Of a stretch of 37,334 bases of DNA, positions 9,488 to 17,741 are shown in pieces. The position numbers and the translations under genes were made by a program. Within the stretch, counting starts at the first letter, position 1. Every line of letters begins with the position of its first letter. Location: positions 1 through 37,334 of the forward strand of contig JAHFBM010000002.1 in NCBI GenBank assembly GCA_023250055.1, written 5' to 3'. The notes under the pieces are model-generated. The model was given only the letters and a program-made list of their open reading frames with translations, was not told the origin of the DNA and did not search any database. The DNA comes from a bacterium. GTDB lineage: Bacteria; Babelota; Babeliae; Babelales; JABDEC01.

Positions 9488-10314
9488 TGAGCCATCCCCC
9501 TTTTAGCTAGTTTAGCAACTGACTCATCCTGCGTATCACCCTCTGCCAACTTAGGCTTCTTAGAAATATGTTCAACCTGTATCGGCATATACCAAAATTT
9601 AAACTCTTGTGAAGCATCCTGCCGATCGTCTTCCCATAACTCTAAATCTACTTCGACATATTTCGGCAACTCAGTCTGCTGCTCTGATTCTAAATTAGTT
9701 AACTGCTTAGGCTCCCCTTCATCCCCCTCTTGTGGAACAAAGTGATATGTCAAAACCAGTTTTTTAATTCCATTAATTAAATTGTAATTTTCAAGACTAG
9801 CCTTAGCAGCAATATAGTTTAAATCAATTGACTCTTGACGAAACAAGCTCCAACTATTTGGTTGATCAGCCTGCAAAGTGTAAACAACCCGTGTAATGCG
9901 CGGCTTTACATCGCCATAAACTTGCAGGGGGTTACAGGTTAGAAATGTTAGATCTTTTAGAATTTGTCCACCCGATCCGTCATCCTGACTAATACTAAGT
10001 AGCTGCTGCTCAACAGGCTTAGCTGGCTCAAATTCTAACTCTTCAACAGGTTTTTGTACTTGCTTTTGACCTTTACTAACTTCTGACGTAGCCGGCTGCT
10101 CTGGCTTTTTGATTTCCGGCAATAAAGACATTCCACTTAAATCTCGCTGTAAACGCTCTTGCACTAATGCTACGCGCATTCCAACCGAAATCGTTTCTCT
10201 AACCTGAGCCTCAGAGCGATATATTTGATTAATTATAGTATATAAAACAATTCCCAAGATGCTGGAGATTGCGATACCAAGCACAACCTCTATTAAAGCA
10301 AATCCGCGCTTCAT
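9484..10314 (-). CDS. gspJ: Prepilin-type minor pseudopilin (GspJ position)
   Basis: Prepilin cleavage/methylation motif MKRG|FALIEV with Glu+5. 4-nt overlaps with both neighbours. The name is assigned by gene order. Confidence 0.6.
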   Translation of the reverse strand: MKRGFALIEVVLGIAISSILGIVLYTIINQIYRSEAQVRETISVGMRVALVQERLQRDLSGMSLLPEIKKPEQPATSEVSKGQKQVQKPVEELEFEPAKPVEQQLLSISQDDGSGGQILKDLTFLTCNPLQVYGDVKPRITRVVYTLQADQPNSWSLFRQESIDLNYIAAKASLENYNLINGIKKLVLTYHFVPQEGDEGEPKQLTNLESEQQTELPKYVEVDLELWEDDRQDASQEFKFWYMPIQVEHISKKPKLAEGDTQDESVAKLAKRGMAQ

Positions 10315-10757
10315 GCCACCTCTTCCTCTTGTGGTACCAGATGAATTAAGCTAAGTATAGTCTCAGACTGATCCTGAAAAGGAGTACTCCATGATCCAAC
10401 ACACTGAACCAAGTGAAGGTCTGGAAATTTACGGTATAAACTAGATTGAGTTGGAATCGGTATCACTTCAAACTTCAGTTCACTAAACTGGCCCGTGTCT
10501 TTAATTATAAGTTGTCGATCGGTTTTGAACTTAGGGTCTAAAATCGCCTGCCCTTGTGAATTAAAAAAATAGTTTCTTAGATTTAATACTCGCACCATAG
10601 CGCTACTCTCATACCAAACTTGCTTTAAGATACTACTTTGTAAGCTGAACAATGACATGCTCATAACTCCCAAAATGGCAACCGCAATGATCACTTCAAT
10701 GAACATAGAGCCTGAAACATTATTTTGAGCAACTTTATTAATTAATTTCTGCATCAC
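10311..10757 (-). CDS. gspI: Prepilin-type minor pseudopilin (GspI position)
   Basis: N-terminal ...NVSGSMFIEVIIAVAILG, with Glu at +5 after the Gly. Small size (148 aa). The name is assigned by gene order. Confidence 0.55.
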   Translation of the reverse strand: MMQKLINKVAQNNVSGSMFIEVIIAVAILGVMSMSLFSLQSSILKQVWYESSAMVRVLNLRNYFFNSQGQAILDPKFKTDRQLIIKDTGQFSELKFEVIPIPTQSSLYRKFPDLHLVQCVGSWSTPFQDQSETILSLIHLVPQEEEVA

Positions 10758-11313
10758 TAATCTTAAATTGAGCTGAAAAAGGATTCAAAACTAAACTGTA
10801 TATATTATTTTCTTCGGATTTAGCAACCTGCTGATCTGTAAAATTCAACCTTACGGCTTGAGCAAGGCCATCACTGGAAATATAAAACCAGAATTTATCA
10901 TTACTACCATCCATCGCATTACGATCATTAATATAAATTTCACGCAATTTAAACCGTGGGTCAAGTTGCATCTGACCGTCTTGATAATCTAATTGCATTG
11001 GTTCAAATTTCAACTCACCTTGCGAAGTTAACTGATCAATTTGCGACTCAGCTACCAGCGTCCCAGAGTTTGAATCTATTGTAATTTTATGCAACTTGCC
11101 GGTTACAATTGCATTATACCAGACCAAACCCACAAAGGAGTTTAACTTAGCTACAAAAGATAGCCGTTCTTCTTCTGGTGTTTGACGCCATAAATTAGGT
11201 ACAACTACTGTGGCCATCGCTGCAATTAAAGCGATAGCCACAATCAATTCTATAAATGTAAACCCGCTAACCTTACGGCCAAAGCCATTCTTCTTCTGGA
11301 CTGCCTGGACCAT
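10738..11313 (-). CDS. gspH: Prepilin-type minor pseudopilin (GspH position)
   Basis: Motif ...RKVSG|FTFIELIVAIALIAA. ATG 11313 overlaps the gspG 3' end by 41 nt, and there is no alternative start before the cleavage motif. Confidence 0.6.
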   Translation of the reverse strand: MVQAVQKKNGFGRKVSGFTFIELIVAIALIAAMATVVVPNLWRQTPEEERLSFVAKLNSFVGLVWYNAIVTGKLHKITIDSNSGTLVAESQIDQLTSQGELKFEPMQLDYQDGQMQLDPRFKLREIYINDRNAMDGSNDKFWFYISSDGLAQAVRLNFTDQQVAKSEENNIYSLVLNPFSAQFKISDAEIN

Positions 11314-11698
11314 TTATACCCCAAGAATAAAGCTGATATGGTGGATGCGCATTTGGAACTATTTTATAAACAAATGGATTACCCCATCCATCATTAGGAA
11401 CCTCTTTAGCTTCCAAGTATGGACCATGCCATTGTCGCTCGGTTAAGTCTGCTGGCCTACGAATCAAATCATTTAATGATTGTGGTGCTTTATTAACCCG
11501 ACGAATATAATCATCAATATTAGATTTAATTGTTTGCAGATTAGTTACAGTCGTGCTTACTTTAGCATCATTTAAATATCTAATAGCATTTGGCGCTACA
11601 ATTAATGCCAACACTGCCAATATTGCCACCGCAATAATCAATTCTATAAAAGTAAACCCAGGGCGTAATTGCCGTCGGCGTAACCCATTAAATACCAT
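11273..11698 (-). CDS. gspG: Type II secretion major pseudopilin GspG
   Basis: Motif LRPG|FTFIELIIAVAILAVLA plus a C-terminal DGWGNPFVY block characteristic of GspG. 141 aa. Confidence 0.8.
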   Translation of the reverse strand: MVFNGLRRRQLRPGFTFIELIIAVAILAVLALIVAPNAIRYLNDAKVSTTVTNLQTIKSNIDDYIRRVNKAPQSLNDLIRRPADLTERQWHGPYLEAKEVPNDGWGNPFVYKIVPNAHPPYQLYSWGINGPGSPEEEWLWP

Positions 11699-11711
11699 AA
11701 ATTAAAACTCC

Positions 11712-12932
11712 TTATTTTTTTGAAACCATTTCATTCATCTTCACAATTGGCAAGACCATTGCAACTACAATAAATCCTACCACTAATGCCATCACCACCA
11801 TCATAATTGGATTTAAGGCCGCCGTTAAGCTTTCAGTTGTTTCTGATAGCTCTTCTTCATAATTGCTAGCTATGTTTTGCAGCATCAAGGCTAATTCTCC
11901 GCTTTCCTCACCAGTACTAATCAAATAGATCGCCATTGGTGGAAATAGATTAGTCTGTTTTAAATATTGCGTGATCTTACCCTCTTTGACAATATTTTCC
12001 TTAGCTTTCTCAAGGGTTTCTGCCAAAACTCGATTTTCAACAATGTTACACACAATCTCTAAGGCCTCAGACAAGCGTACACCGCCTTCCAACAGCATTC
12101 CTAATGTTCTAGAAAATTGAACAACCGCGCTAATCCGCACAAAATAATTAAAAGCCGGAATCTTTAACTTGAATTGATCAATCATGTAAGCCCCCCGTGG
12201 TCGTGATGCCCAATACTTAAGCGCCATCACCAACGAGCCAAGTATAATTGCTAGAATCAGATAATGATCTGTCATAAAATTAGAAATATTAACTAAGAAC
12301 TGTGTTGGACCAGGCAATGACCCACCACGCGCACTAAAAGTTTGAGTCATCTTAGGCACAATAAATACAATCATCCCAACCGCTACTGCACCCACAAAAG
12401 CTAGCTGAATCAAAGGACCACGCACAGCAGACTGAATCTCTCTAGTAATTTCACCTCGTCGCTCTAAGTAAGTCGTCAAGCGCTGCAAAATCATCTCTAA
12501 ATTGCCAGTTGCCTCACCAGCCTTTACCAACTGGATATAAATTTTATCAAATGTTTTAGGATACATGCCCAGGCCATCGGCTAATGATCGCCCCTCTTTG
12601 ACACCATCTTTAAGCTGTACGATAATTGAATGCAATGGACCAGAAAACTGATCCATTAGAAGCTCTAATGACTGCAATAATGGAATACCTGATTTAAGCA
12701 AAATAGCTAACTGCTTAGTAAATAAAATTTTATCTTTGGGTTTAACGCTACCAGCAAATAAACGTTGATACCATGGAATTCCAGCTCCACCACCACCGAC
12801 TAAACCGATTTCTGTAGGAAATAGCCCGCGCTTGACCAGCGCATCTTTTACCCCAGACTCTGATGGTGCATCAAGCTGCCCAATGATTTGCTTGCCGTCA
12901 CGTGAAAATGCTTTGTAATAATATAAAGCCAT
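11712..12932 (-). CDS. gspF: Type II secretion / type IV pilus platform protein GspF family
   Basis: 406 aa with two GspF-type repeats. N-terminus MALYYYKAFSRDGKQIIGQLDA... and motifs LAILLKSGIPLLQSLE and TLGMLLEGGVRLSEALE. Confidence 0.85.
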   Translation of the reverse strand: MALYYYKAFSRDGKQIIGQLDAPSESGVKDALVKRGLFPTEIGLVGGGGAGIPWYQRLFAGSVKPKDKILFTKQLAILLKSGIPLLQSLELLMDQFSGPLHSIIVQLKDGVKEGRSLADGLGMYPKTFDKIYIQLVKAGEATGNLEMILQRLTTYLERRGEITREIQSAVRGPLIQLAFVGAVAVGMIVFIVPKMTQTFSARGGSLPGPTQFLVNISNFMTDHYLILAIILGSLVMALKYWASRPRGAYMIDQFKLKIPAFNYFVRISAVVQFSRTLGMLLEGGVRLSEALEIVCNIVENRVLAETLEKAKENIVKEGKITQYLKQTNLFPPMAIYLISTGEESGELALMLQNIASNYEEELSETTESLTAALNPIMMVVMALVVGFIVVAMVLPIVKMNEMVSKK

Positions 12933-12986
12933 TATATATTATCCCCATCACTTGCTACCCAAATTGTTACATGTTAGGCTGCAAAT

Positions 12987-13802
12987 ATGTTTATCAAAAT
13001 TCAATTAGCCAGCTGGCTGTTACTACTTAATAACTTTTGCACAACATTGTCAAACAATCCACCAACTTTTAATAACACATTCGGTGTCGACTATTTCTCA
13101 CTGCATTCACCTATTAAATTTACTGCTAGTGGAATTCAAGATTTCCTCAAGAATACCTATAACCATACTCAATATGCTAGTAATATTTTACCACACAATA
13201 CTAGCCATTTTTTACAACTACTGGAACATGGCCAAAAAACTAAACTCGATCAAGACTATATGTTGGCAGTTATTCGCTTATTTCGTCAGAAAATTAATAG
13301 CGCCAGCTTTCTGACAGCCACTGAGGTGGAGCGCGTCACCGCTCTTTTACCAAAACTACTTAATGAACACCTCAAAATCAAAGTTCCACTAGCTGCAAAT
13401 GCCAATAAACTAAACATTGTTGGGCTGCGACTAATCGAAAACTGTTTAAGCAAAACCCTCTGGAGCGGCACAAATCCTCAACTAATTTGGCCCCAGTTTA
13501 TTAATATTGGCAACAGTTTAAATCTAATGTTTAAATCCAATCAGATTATCTTAGACACTGACGACCTCAATGATGCTCTACACATCTTAATTGATCGCTT
13601 AATCTATACAATTAAACTACTAGAAGATAGTTTGCCTGAATCATTTTACACTGAACTAAGCAAACAGTTACAAACGGACCCGCCCAAGTGGCTAGAAATT
13701 GATGAACTAGAAGATTTAATCGATAGCAAACTGCAAAAAATCAAGAAAGCTGTTCTGCAGGCGCAGGTCAAGGCTCAAGCCAAAGCCGCCGGCATATTAT
13801 AA
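12987..13802 (+). CDS. Hypothetical secreted protein
   Basis: Signal-peptide-like N-terminus MFIKIQLASWLLLLNNFCTT. The rest looks helical and has no recognised domain. Divergent from gspF with only 54 bp between the two starts. Confidence 0.45.
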   Translation: MFIKIQLASWLLLLNNFCTTLSNNPPTFNNTFGVDYFSLHSPIKFTASGIQDFLKNTYNHTQYASNILPHNTSHFLQLLEHGQKTKLDQDYMLAVIRLFRQKINSASFLTATEVERVTALLPKLLNEHLKIKVPLAANANKLNIVGLRLIENCLSKTLWSGTNPQLIWPQFINIGNSLNLMFKSNQIILDTDDLNDALHILIDRLIYTIKLLEDSLPESFYTELSKQLQTDPPKWLEIDELEDLIDSKLQKIKKAVLQAQVKAQAKAAGIL

Positions 13803-13854
13803 ACGCATTCGATCTAAGAGAACCATTTCTCTTCTATCAAAACATTAAATCATG

Positions 13855-13919
13855 CGTCTTTGCGAGAAGTTTCGGCGTAGTTTAAACGAAGCTGGACGAC
13901 GTGGCAATCCATTCTCTTT
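13855..13919 (+). repeat. GC-rich hairpin repeat, copy B (X module with an expanded inner hairpin)
   Basis: cgtctTTGCGAGAAGtttcggcgtagtttaaacgaagctgGACGACGTGGCAATCcattctctttt. The flanks match the reverse complement of copy A. The loop is replaced by a longer near-palindrome (agtttcg...cgaagct). Confidence 0.9.
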
Positions 13920-14084
13920 TCCATGTTAGCGCATTGCGTTGACATTTTATCAGGGATATAAATACTTATTACCTCATCAATACTCTAAATAATTTGTGGC
14001 AAATAGCGAAATTCCCGAGCACGGTCGTTAACTTGCCACTTAGACGCACCCAGCTATGATTTCACATAGAAACTGCATTAAAGA

Positions 14085-14426
14085 CTACTTTAGGGCTAGA
14101 ACTTTTTTGAGCGCAGTGTCAATTTCTAATAAAGCGACCAGCCCCAACTTATCTATTAGATTCCCCAGCCGGACCTTGTCTATAGCTTTAATTTGGTCCA
14201 TTAAAGCCCTGCCTATTTTGTTTTTCACCGTAATAGCAACATCAAATGGATACATTTTAGATACTTGACTAGTAATTGGAGCAACAATCACCCTACTTGA
14301 GAATTCATTGCCGGTATCATTGGATATAATGACAGCTGGCCGCTTCTTGTTAATCTCCGTACCTACCACAGGATCCAGGTTGACCCAGTAAACTTCACCT
14401 CTCTTAGGAAATCGCACTTGTTTCAC
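14085..14426 (-). CDS. MazF/PemK-family type II toxin (endoribonuclease)
   Basis: PKRGEVYWVNLDPVVGTEINKKRPAVIISND...RVIVAPITS matches the PemK/MazF fold signature. The likely start is GTG 14426, which overlaps the antitoxin stop (GTGA). The track's ATG at 14456 lies inside the antitoxin gene. Confidence 0.8.
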   Translation of the reverse strand: MKQVRFPKRGEVYWVNLDPVVGTEINKKRPAVIISNDTGNEFSSRVIVAPITSQVSKMYPFDVAITVKNKIGRALMDQIKAIDKVRLGNLIDKLGLVALLEIDTALKKVLALK

Positions 14427-14650
14427 TCCCAATCTTCGACATCTAAAGCTTGCCACTCAGAGATCGACCTCTTCCGATCTGAATCATTTTCAGCTTCGAT
14501 ATACGCCAACTTGAGGACCTCTTTTTCCCGAGCTAAAGCTTCATTAATAACCTTAGTAACAAAGGAGCTCATCTGCCGGCGCTCTATCATCAAATGAAGG
14601 GCTTTATTAGTATCTTCCGGAATAGAGAAAGTTACATTAATTTTTTTCAT
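14423..14650 (-). CDS. Ribbon-helix-helix (CopG-like) antitoxin
   Basis: MKKINVTFSIPEDTNKALHLMIERRQMSSFVTKVINEAL has a beta-strand/helix/helix pattern, followed by an acidic C-terminal tail. SD AGGTGGAG lies immediately upstream of ATG 14650. The track start at 14686 would remove the promoter. Confidence 0.7.
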   Translation of the reverse strand: MKKINVTFSIPEDTNKALHLMIERRQMSSFVTKVINEALAREKEVLKLAYIEAENDSDRKRSISEWQALDVEDWE

Positions 14651-14677
14651 ACTCCACCTTATTTTATAACTAATGTA

Positions 14678-14706
14678 ATTATACAATAATTATTGTGTAT
14701 TGTCTA
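14678..14706 (-). promoter_or_regulatory. Sigma70-like promoter of the toxin-antitoxin operon, with a palindromic operator in the spacer
   Basis: The minus strand reads TAGACA (14706-14701), a 17-nt spacer, then TATAAT (14683-14678). A perfect 14-bp palindrome ACAATAATTATTGT (14683-14696) fills the spacer and touches the -10. The ATG lies about 28 nt downstream of the -10. Confidence 0.55.
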
Positions 14707-14747
14707 TGGATGTGTAAAAAAAACTCTTTAATCTCAGGCTTGTCTTT

Positions 14748-14756
14748 TGTTATAAT
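14748..14756 (+). promoter_or_regulatory. Candidate extended -10 promoter (TGtTATAAT) for the divergent orphan gene
   Basis: tgttataat at 14748-14756. The -35 is weak (ttaatc, 17-nt spacing). It lies about 45 nt upstream of ATG 14801. Confidence 0.35.
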
Positions 14757-14800
14757 TGATCTTGAACGTTAAATATTAATCAAAAATGGAGGTTATGGCT

Positions 14801-15841
14801 ATGAATTTAGGGTTGTTTTCAAGGCGAGTTTCATTGTTATTGATGATGTCTTCTTTAGCGATTATTCCTGCACCAGAACTGCACGGATCAGATGCTGTAG
14901 AAGGGGTCGTCATTGCAGCTGGAGTTTGCTTTGCTCCAACAATTATTTCAGTAGCATTTTCAATAGCTCTTATTAGACAAGGGATGAACCCCAACGATAC
15001 CATTACTACTAAAAGTTGTTTAACTTTAATTTCTTATCTTTATAAGACATATGGCCCAGCAGAGGCATTTAATCATGCATCAGGAATGTCCATGTCATCT
15101 TCCGATGTGGCAACTGCTAATAAGAGCCTAGCAGATATTGTGTCTAAAATAAATACTGATCCAAAAGGAGTAGAGGCAGGGTTAACGGATTTTTATACGA
15201 ATCTTGTTGCTGCACGTAAAAATCCACTTGGATTTCAAGGTTTCATGGACGCTTTTAAAACATCAAGTATTTATACTAACCTTTCAGTTGATGATACGGC
15301 GATTTTAGACAGTGCGCTCGCAAATACAATACTCAATCTATCAACGACACCAACGATGGGTGGCTCCGGCATTGCCGATCCGGCGGTATTGTTTACAAGT
15401 CAGATTAATGATCTTCCAACAGGCTCCATTTCTGCAGGCTCTTTGGTTGGGATTGCAGAAGATGTAGGCATGTCTCAGACTCAATTAATTAATGTGGTAA
15501 GAAACAGTCAAAAATTAACAGATAGCCTCAATCTAGCTGAAGGACAAACTGTTGAAGGTGTAATATCTAACATTGCTGAACCTAGAGATCTTCCGCCACC
15601 AATCAACCTTCTTAGTATCCAGAGTCTGTATGTTATAGATACTAATAATATAATTACTAATATAGCTTCAGGCGCTAAACTGACCTTGAGCGATTTGAGC
15701 ACTTTACGCGACTTTGTTAATGCTGGGGGAAGCCTTAAAAATGGGATGGGTGTTTTAGAAGACGCACTTAAAGCTGTAAGGAATAATCCGGACTTTACCG
15801 ATTATGGGGAATTTATTGATAATTTAATACACGCTGCTTAA
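14801..15841 (+). CDS. Hypothetical exported or membrane protein (orphan)
   Basis: GGAGG at 14788-14792 sits 8 nt before ATG 14801, which gives MNLGLFSRRVSLLLMMSSLAIIPAPELHG plus a second hydrophobic segment. The remainder is S/T/N/L-rich with no recognised domain. The track start at 14786 is less likely. Confidence 0.5.
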   Translation: MNLGLFSRRVSLLLMMSSLAIIPAPELHGSDAVEGVVIAAGVCFAPTIISVAFSIALIRQGMNPNDTITTKSCLTLISYLYKTYGPAEAFNHASGMSMSSSDVATANKSLADIVSKINTDPKGVEAGLTDFYTNLVAARKNPLGFQGFMDAFKTSSIYTNLSVDDTAILDSALANTILNLSTTPTMGGSGIADPAVLFTSQINDLPTGSISAGSLVGIAEDVGMSQTQLINVVRNSQKLTDSLNLAEGQTVEGVISNIAEPRDLPPPINLLSIQSLYVIDTNNIITNIASGAKLTLSDLSTLRDFVNAGGSLKNGMGVLEDALKAVRNNPDFTDYGEFIDNLIHAA

Positions 15842-15850
15842 TTAAGGTGG

Positions 15851-15918
15851 TTAAAAGGTTATTGGTGGGATGCACTTTATTTAACTATATAAAGTGCATC
15901 CCACCAATAACCTTTTAA
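15851..15918. terminator. Perfect 30-bp-stem hairpin between convergent genes (possible bidirectional terminator or palindromic element)
   Basis: ttaaaaggttattggtgggatgcactttat (15851-15880) is the exact reverse complement of 15889-15918, with an 8-nt loop ttaactat. There is no clear U-tract on either side. Confidence 0.5.
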
Positions 15919-16013
15919 TGTAATATAAAGAGTTTCGGTTCATTTTTACCCTAAAACCAAAGTTTTTCATTTGGCACTATAAGAAAAGCTTGCCACATTG
16001 CGTTAAGCATGCA

Positions 16014-17600
16014 CTAATCGATAAAATACAGTTCAATCCCAAAGTGGCGACGGGTTTTCAAGAAACCTAGCCCTAATAACAAACTTAATGGGCCTACCCA
16101 TAACCACAATCCCAGCTTCTCTAGTAAAAAAACCGATAGCGGAATTGACCATAAATGTACGTTACCCAAATACAATAATATTAACCACTTAATTACTAAA
16201 AAGGCTGTGATAAACAAAGCAAATAGCGCAATAACCTGTGCAATAAAGCGTGGCAAGAATTGCTTAAATGGTGCTAGATGAAAATCAAATCCATACTGGG
16301 TTCGCAGGAAGTAAATAAATAAAACAACCTGAATCAAACCCGAAATGCTTGTCGCAACTGCCAATCCAGTTGCTTGAAAATGACCCACTAAAAACTGGTT
16401 TAAAATGTAATTAGCAAATGTTGCAACAATTGAGATCATCATCGGTGTATAAGTGTCATGCAAAGCATAATAAACATTTAAAATAATTTTATTAAGTGAG
16501 AAAAAGAATAGGCCAACCAAGAAGCCCATTAAAACCCACTTAGCCTCCAACACTCGCGCTAATGGAAACTTATCAGATAAAAACAGGGTACTGAAGATAT
16601 CTTCTGCAAAGAAACTCATCAACAATGCAACAGGCACGGTCACCCACATTACTAATTTAGAGGCTTCAAACAAATAGTAACTCAGTTTCTTTGGTTCATA
16701 AACAGATACTTGGGCGAAGTATGGTAACATAATTGTTGAAAAGGCTGCAGCAAAAATCCCTAATGGAATTCCCATAAAACGGTTAGCATAATTAATAATC
16801 GATACAGAGCCATCAGCTAAATAAGAAGAAAAACTAGTATCTATGAATAAACTAATTTCCATAATGCTCATACTGAACATTACTGGGAAGAATTTTTTTA
16901 ACAATGTCCAAAATTGAGATTTGGCATGCGGCGTAATTGGACCAAAACCAAATCCTTTTTTGAAATAAACAATTAAATGCATTATAAAACTAGCCACTCC
17001 AGCCAATAAGATAGCATAACATAGATAGGTTACTGGCAAACTGTACCACAAACAGGCTAGCAAGGCCCCAATAAAGATTACATTTAATAAAACCGGCCCT
17101 AAGGCTGGAATTAGAAAGTGATTTACAGATTGCAAAGCACCAGCTAATAACGAGCTACTAGAGACAAACAGGATAAAAGAGCACATAATCCGAAACAGAT
17201 CAGCCGTGATTGCAATTTTGTCTGGTGAAAATCCTGATGCAGCCAAACGAACAACCGCTTCAGCCTGCCAAAACATTAGCAGGCAGGTAACTGCCAAAAT
17301 ACCCTCAAAGATTAAGAATGATAACGACATTAGAGCATCTACTTCTTTTTGATTATCATCCCTGGAAAGCGAGACAATCGTTGGCACAAAGGCTGCCGTC
17401 AAGGCTCCCTCGGCAAAAATTTTACGCAATGAGTTTGGGATCATAAAGGCTACCACAAAGGCATCTGCCAAAGCATTAGTACCCAAGAAACGCCCCTTTA
17501 GCACCTCCCGCACCAAGCCAAGTAAACGACTTAATAAAGTTGAGCTACCAACCTCCATGGTCTTTTTAATAATTGATTTTTTGTCTAAAAGCTTGCTCAT
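16014..17600 (-). CDS. murJ: Lipid II flippase MurJ (MviN)
   Basis: N-terminus ...VGSSTLLSRLLGLVREVLKGRFLGTNALADAFVVAFMIPNSLRKIFAEGALTAAFVP is typical of MurJ. About 14 hydrophobic segments, 528 aa. Confidence 0.9.
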   Translation of the reverse strand: MSKLLDKKSIIKKTMEVGSSTLLSRLLGLVREVLKGRFLGTNALADAFVVAFMIPNSLRKIFAEGALTAAFVPTIVSLSRDDNQKEVDALMSLSFLIFEGILAVTCLLMFWQAEAVVRLAASGFSPDKIAITADLFRIMCSFILFVSSSSLLAGALQSVNHFLIPALGPVLLNVIFIGALLACLWYSLPVTYLCYAILLAGVASFIMHLIVYFKKGFGFGPITPHAKSQFWTLLKKFFPVMFSMSIMEISLFIDTSFSSYLADGSVSIINYANRFMGIPLGIFAAAFSTIMLPYFAQVSVYEPKKLSYYLFEASKLVMWVTVPVALLMSFFAEDIFSTLFLSDKFPLARVLEAKWVLMGFLVGLFFFSLNKIILNVYYALHDTYTPMMISIVATFANYILNQFLVGHFQATGLAVATSISGLIQVVLFIYFLRTQYGFDFHLAPFKQFLPRFIAQVIALFALFITAFLVIKWLILLYLGNVHLWSIPLSVFLLEKLGLWLWVGPLSLLLGLGFLKTRRHFGIELYFID

Positions 17601-17741
17601 ATTGCACCGTTAATTAAGATAATAAAAACCTGAAATTAAGCTTAGCCTGTTTTATAAATATCTCTAGCTAAACTTGTAACAGGGCTATCTCGTATTAAAG
17701 CTTCTTAAAAAGATCTAAGAATGTTTTGTAGGTCCCGCATA

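Noticed and set aside
11210-11446. Plus-strand ORF across the gspG/gspH junction.
   Set aside because: It is antisense to two pseudopilin genes that have clear prepilin motifs.
14056-15003. Track ORFs 14056-14268 (plus) and 14776-15003 (minus), which overlap the toxin gene and the orphan gene.
   Set aside because: They are antisense to better-supported genes, and they have no SD or motif.
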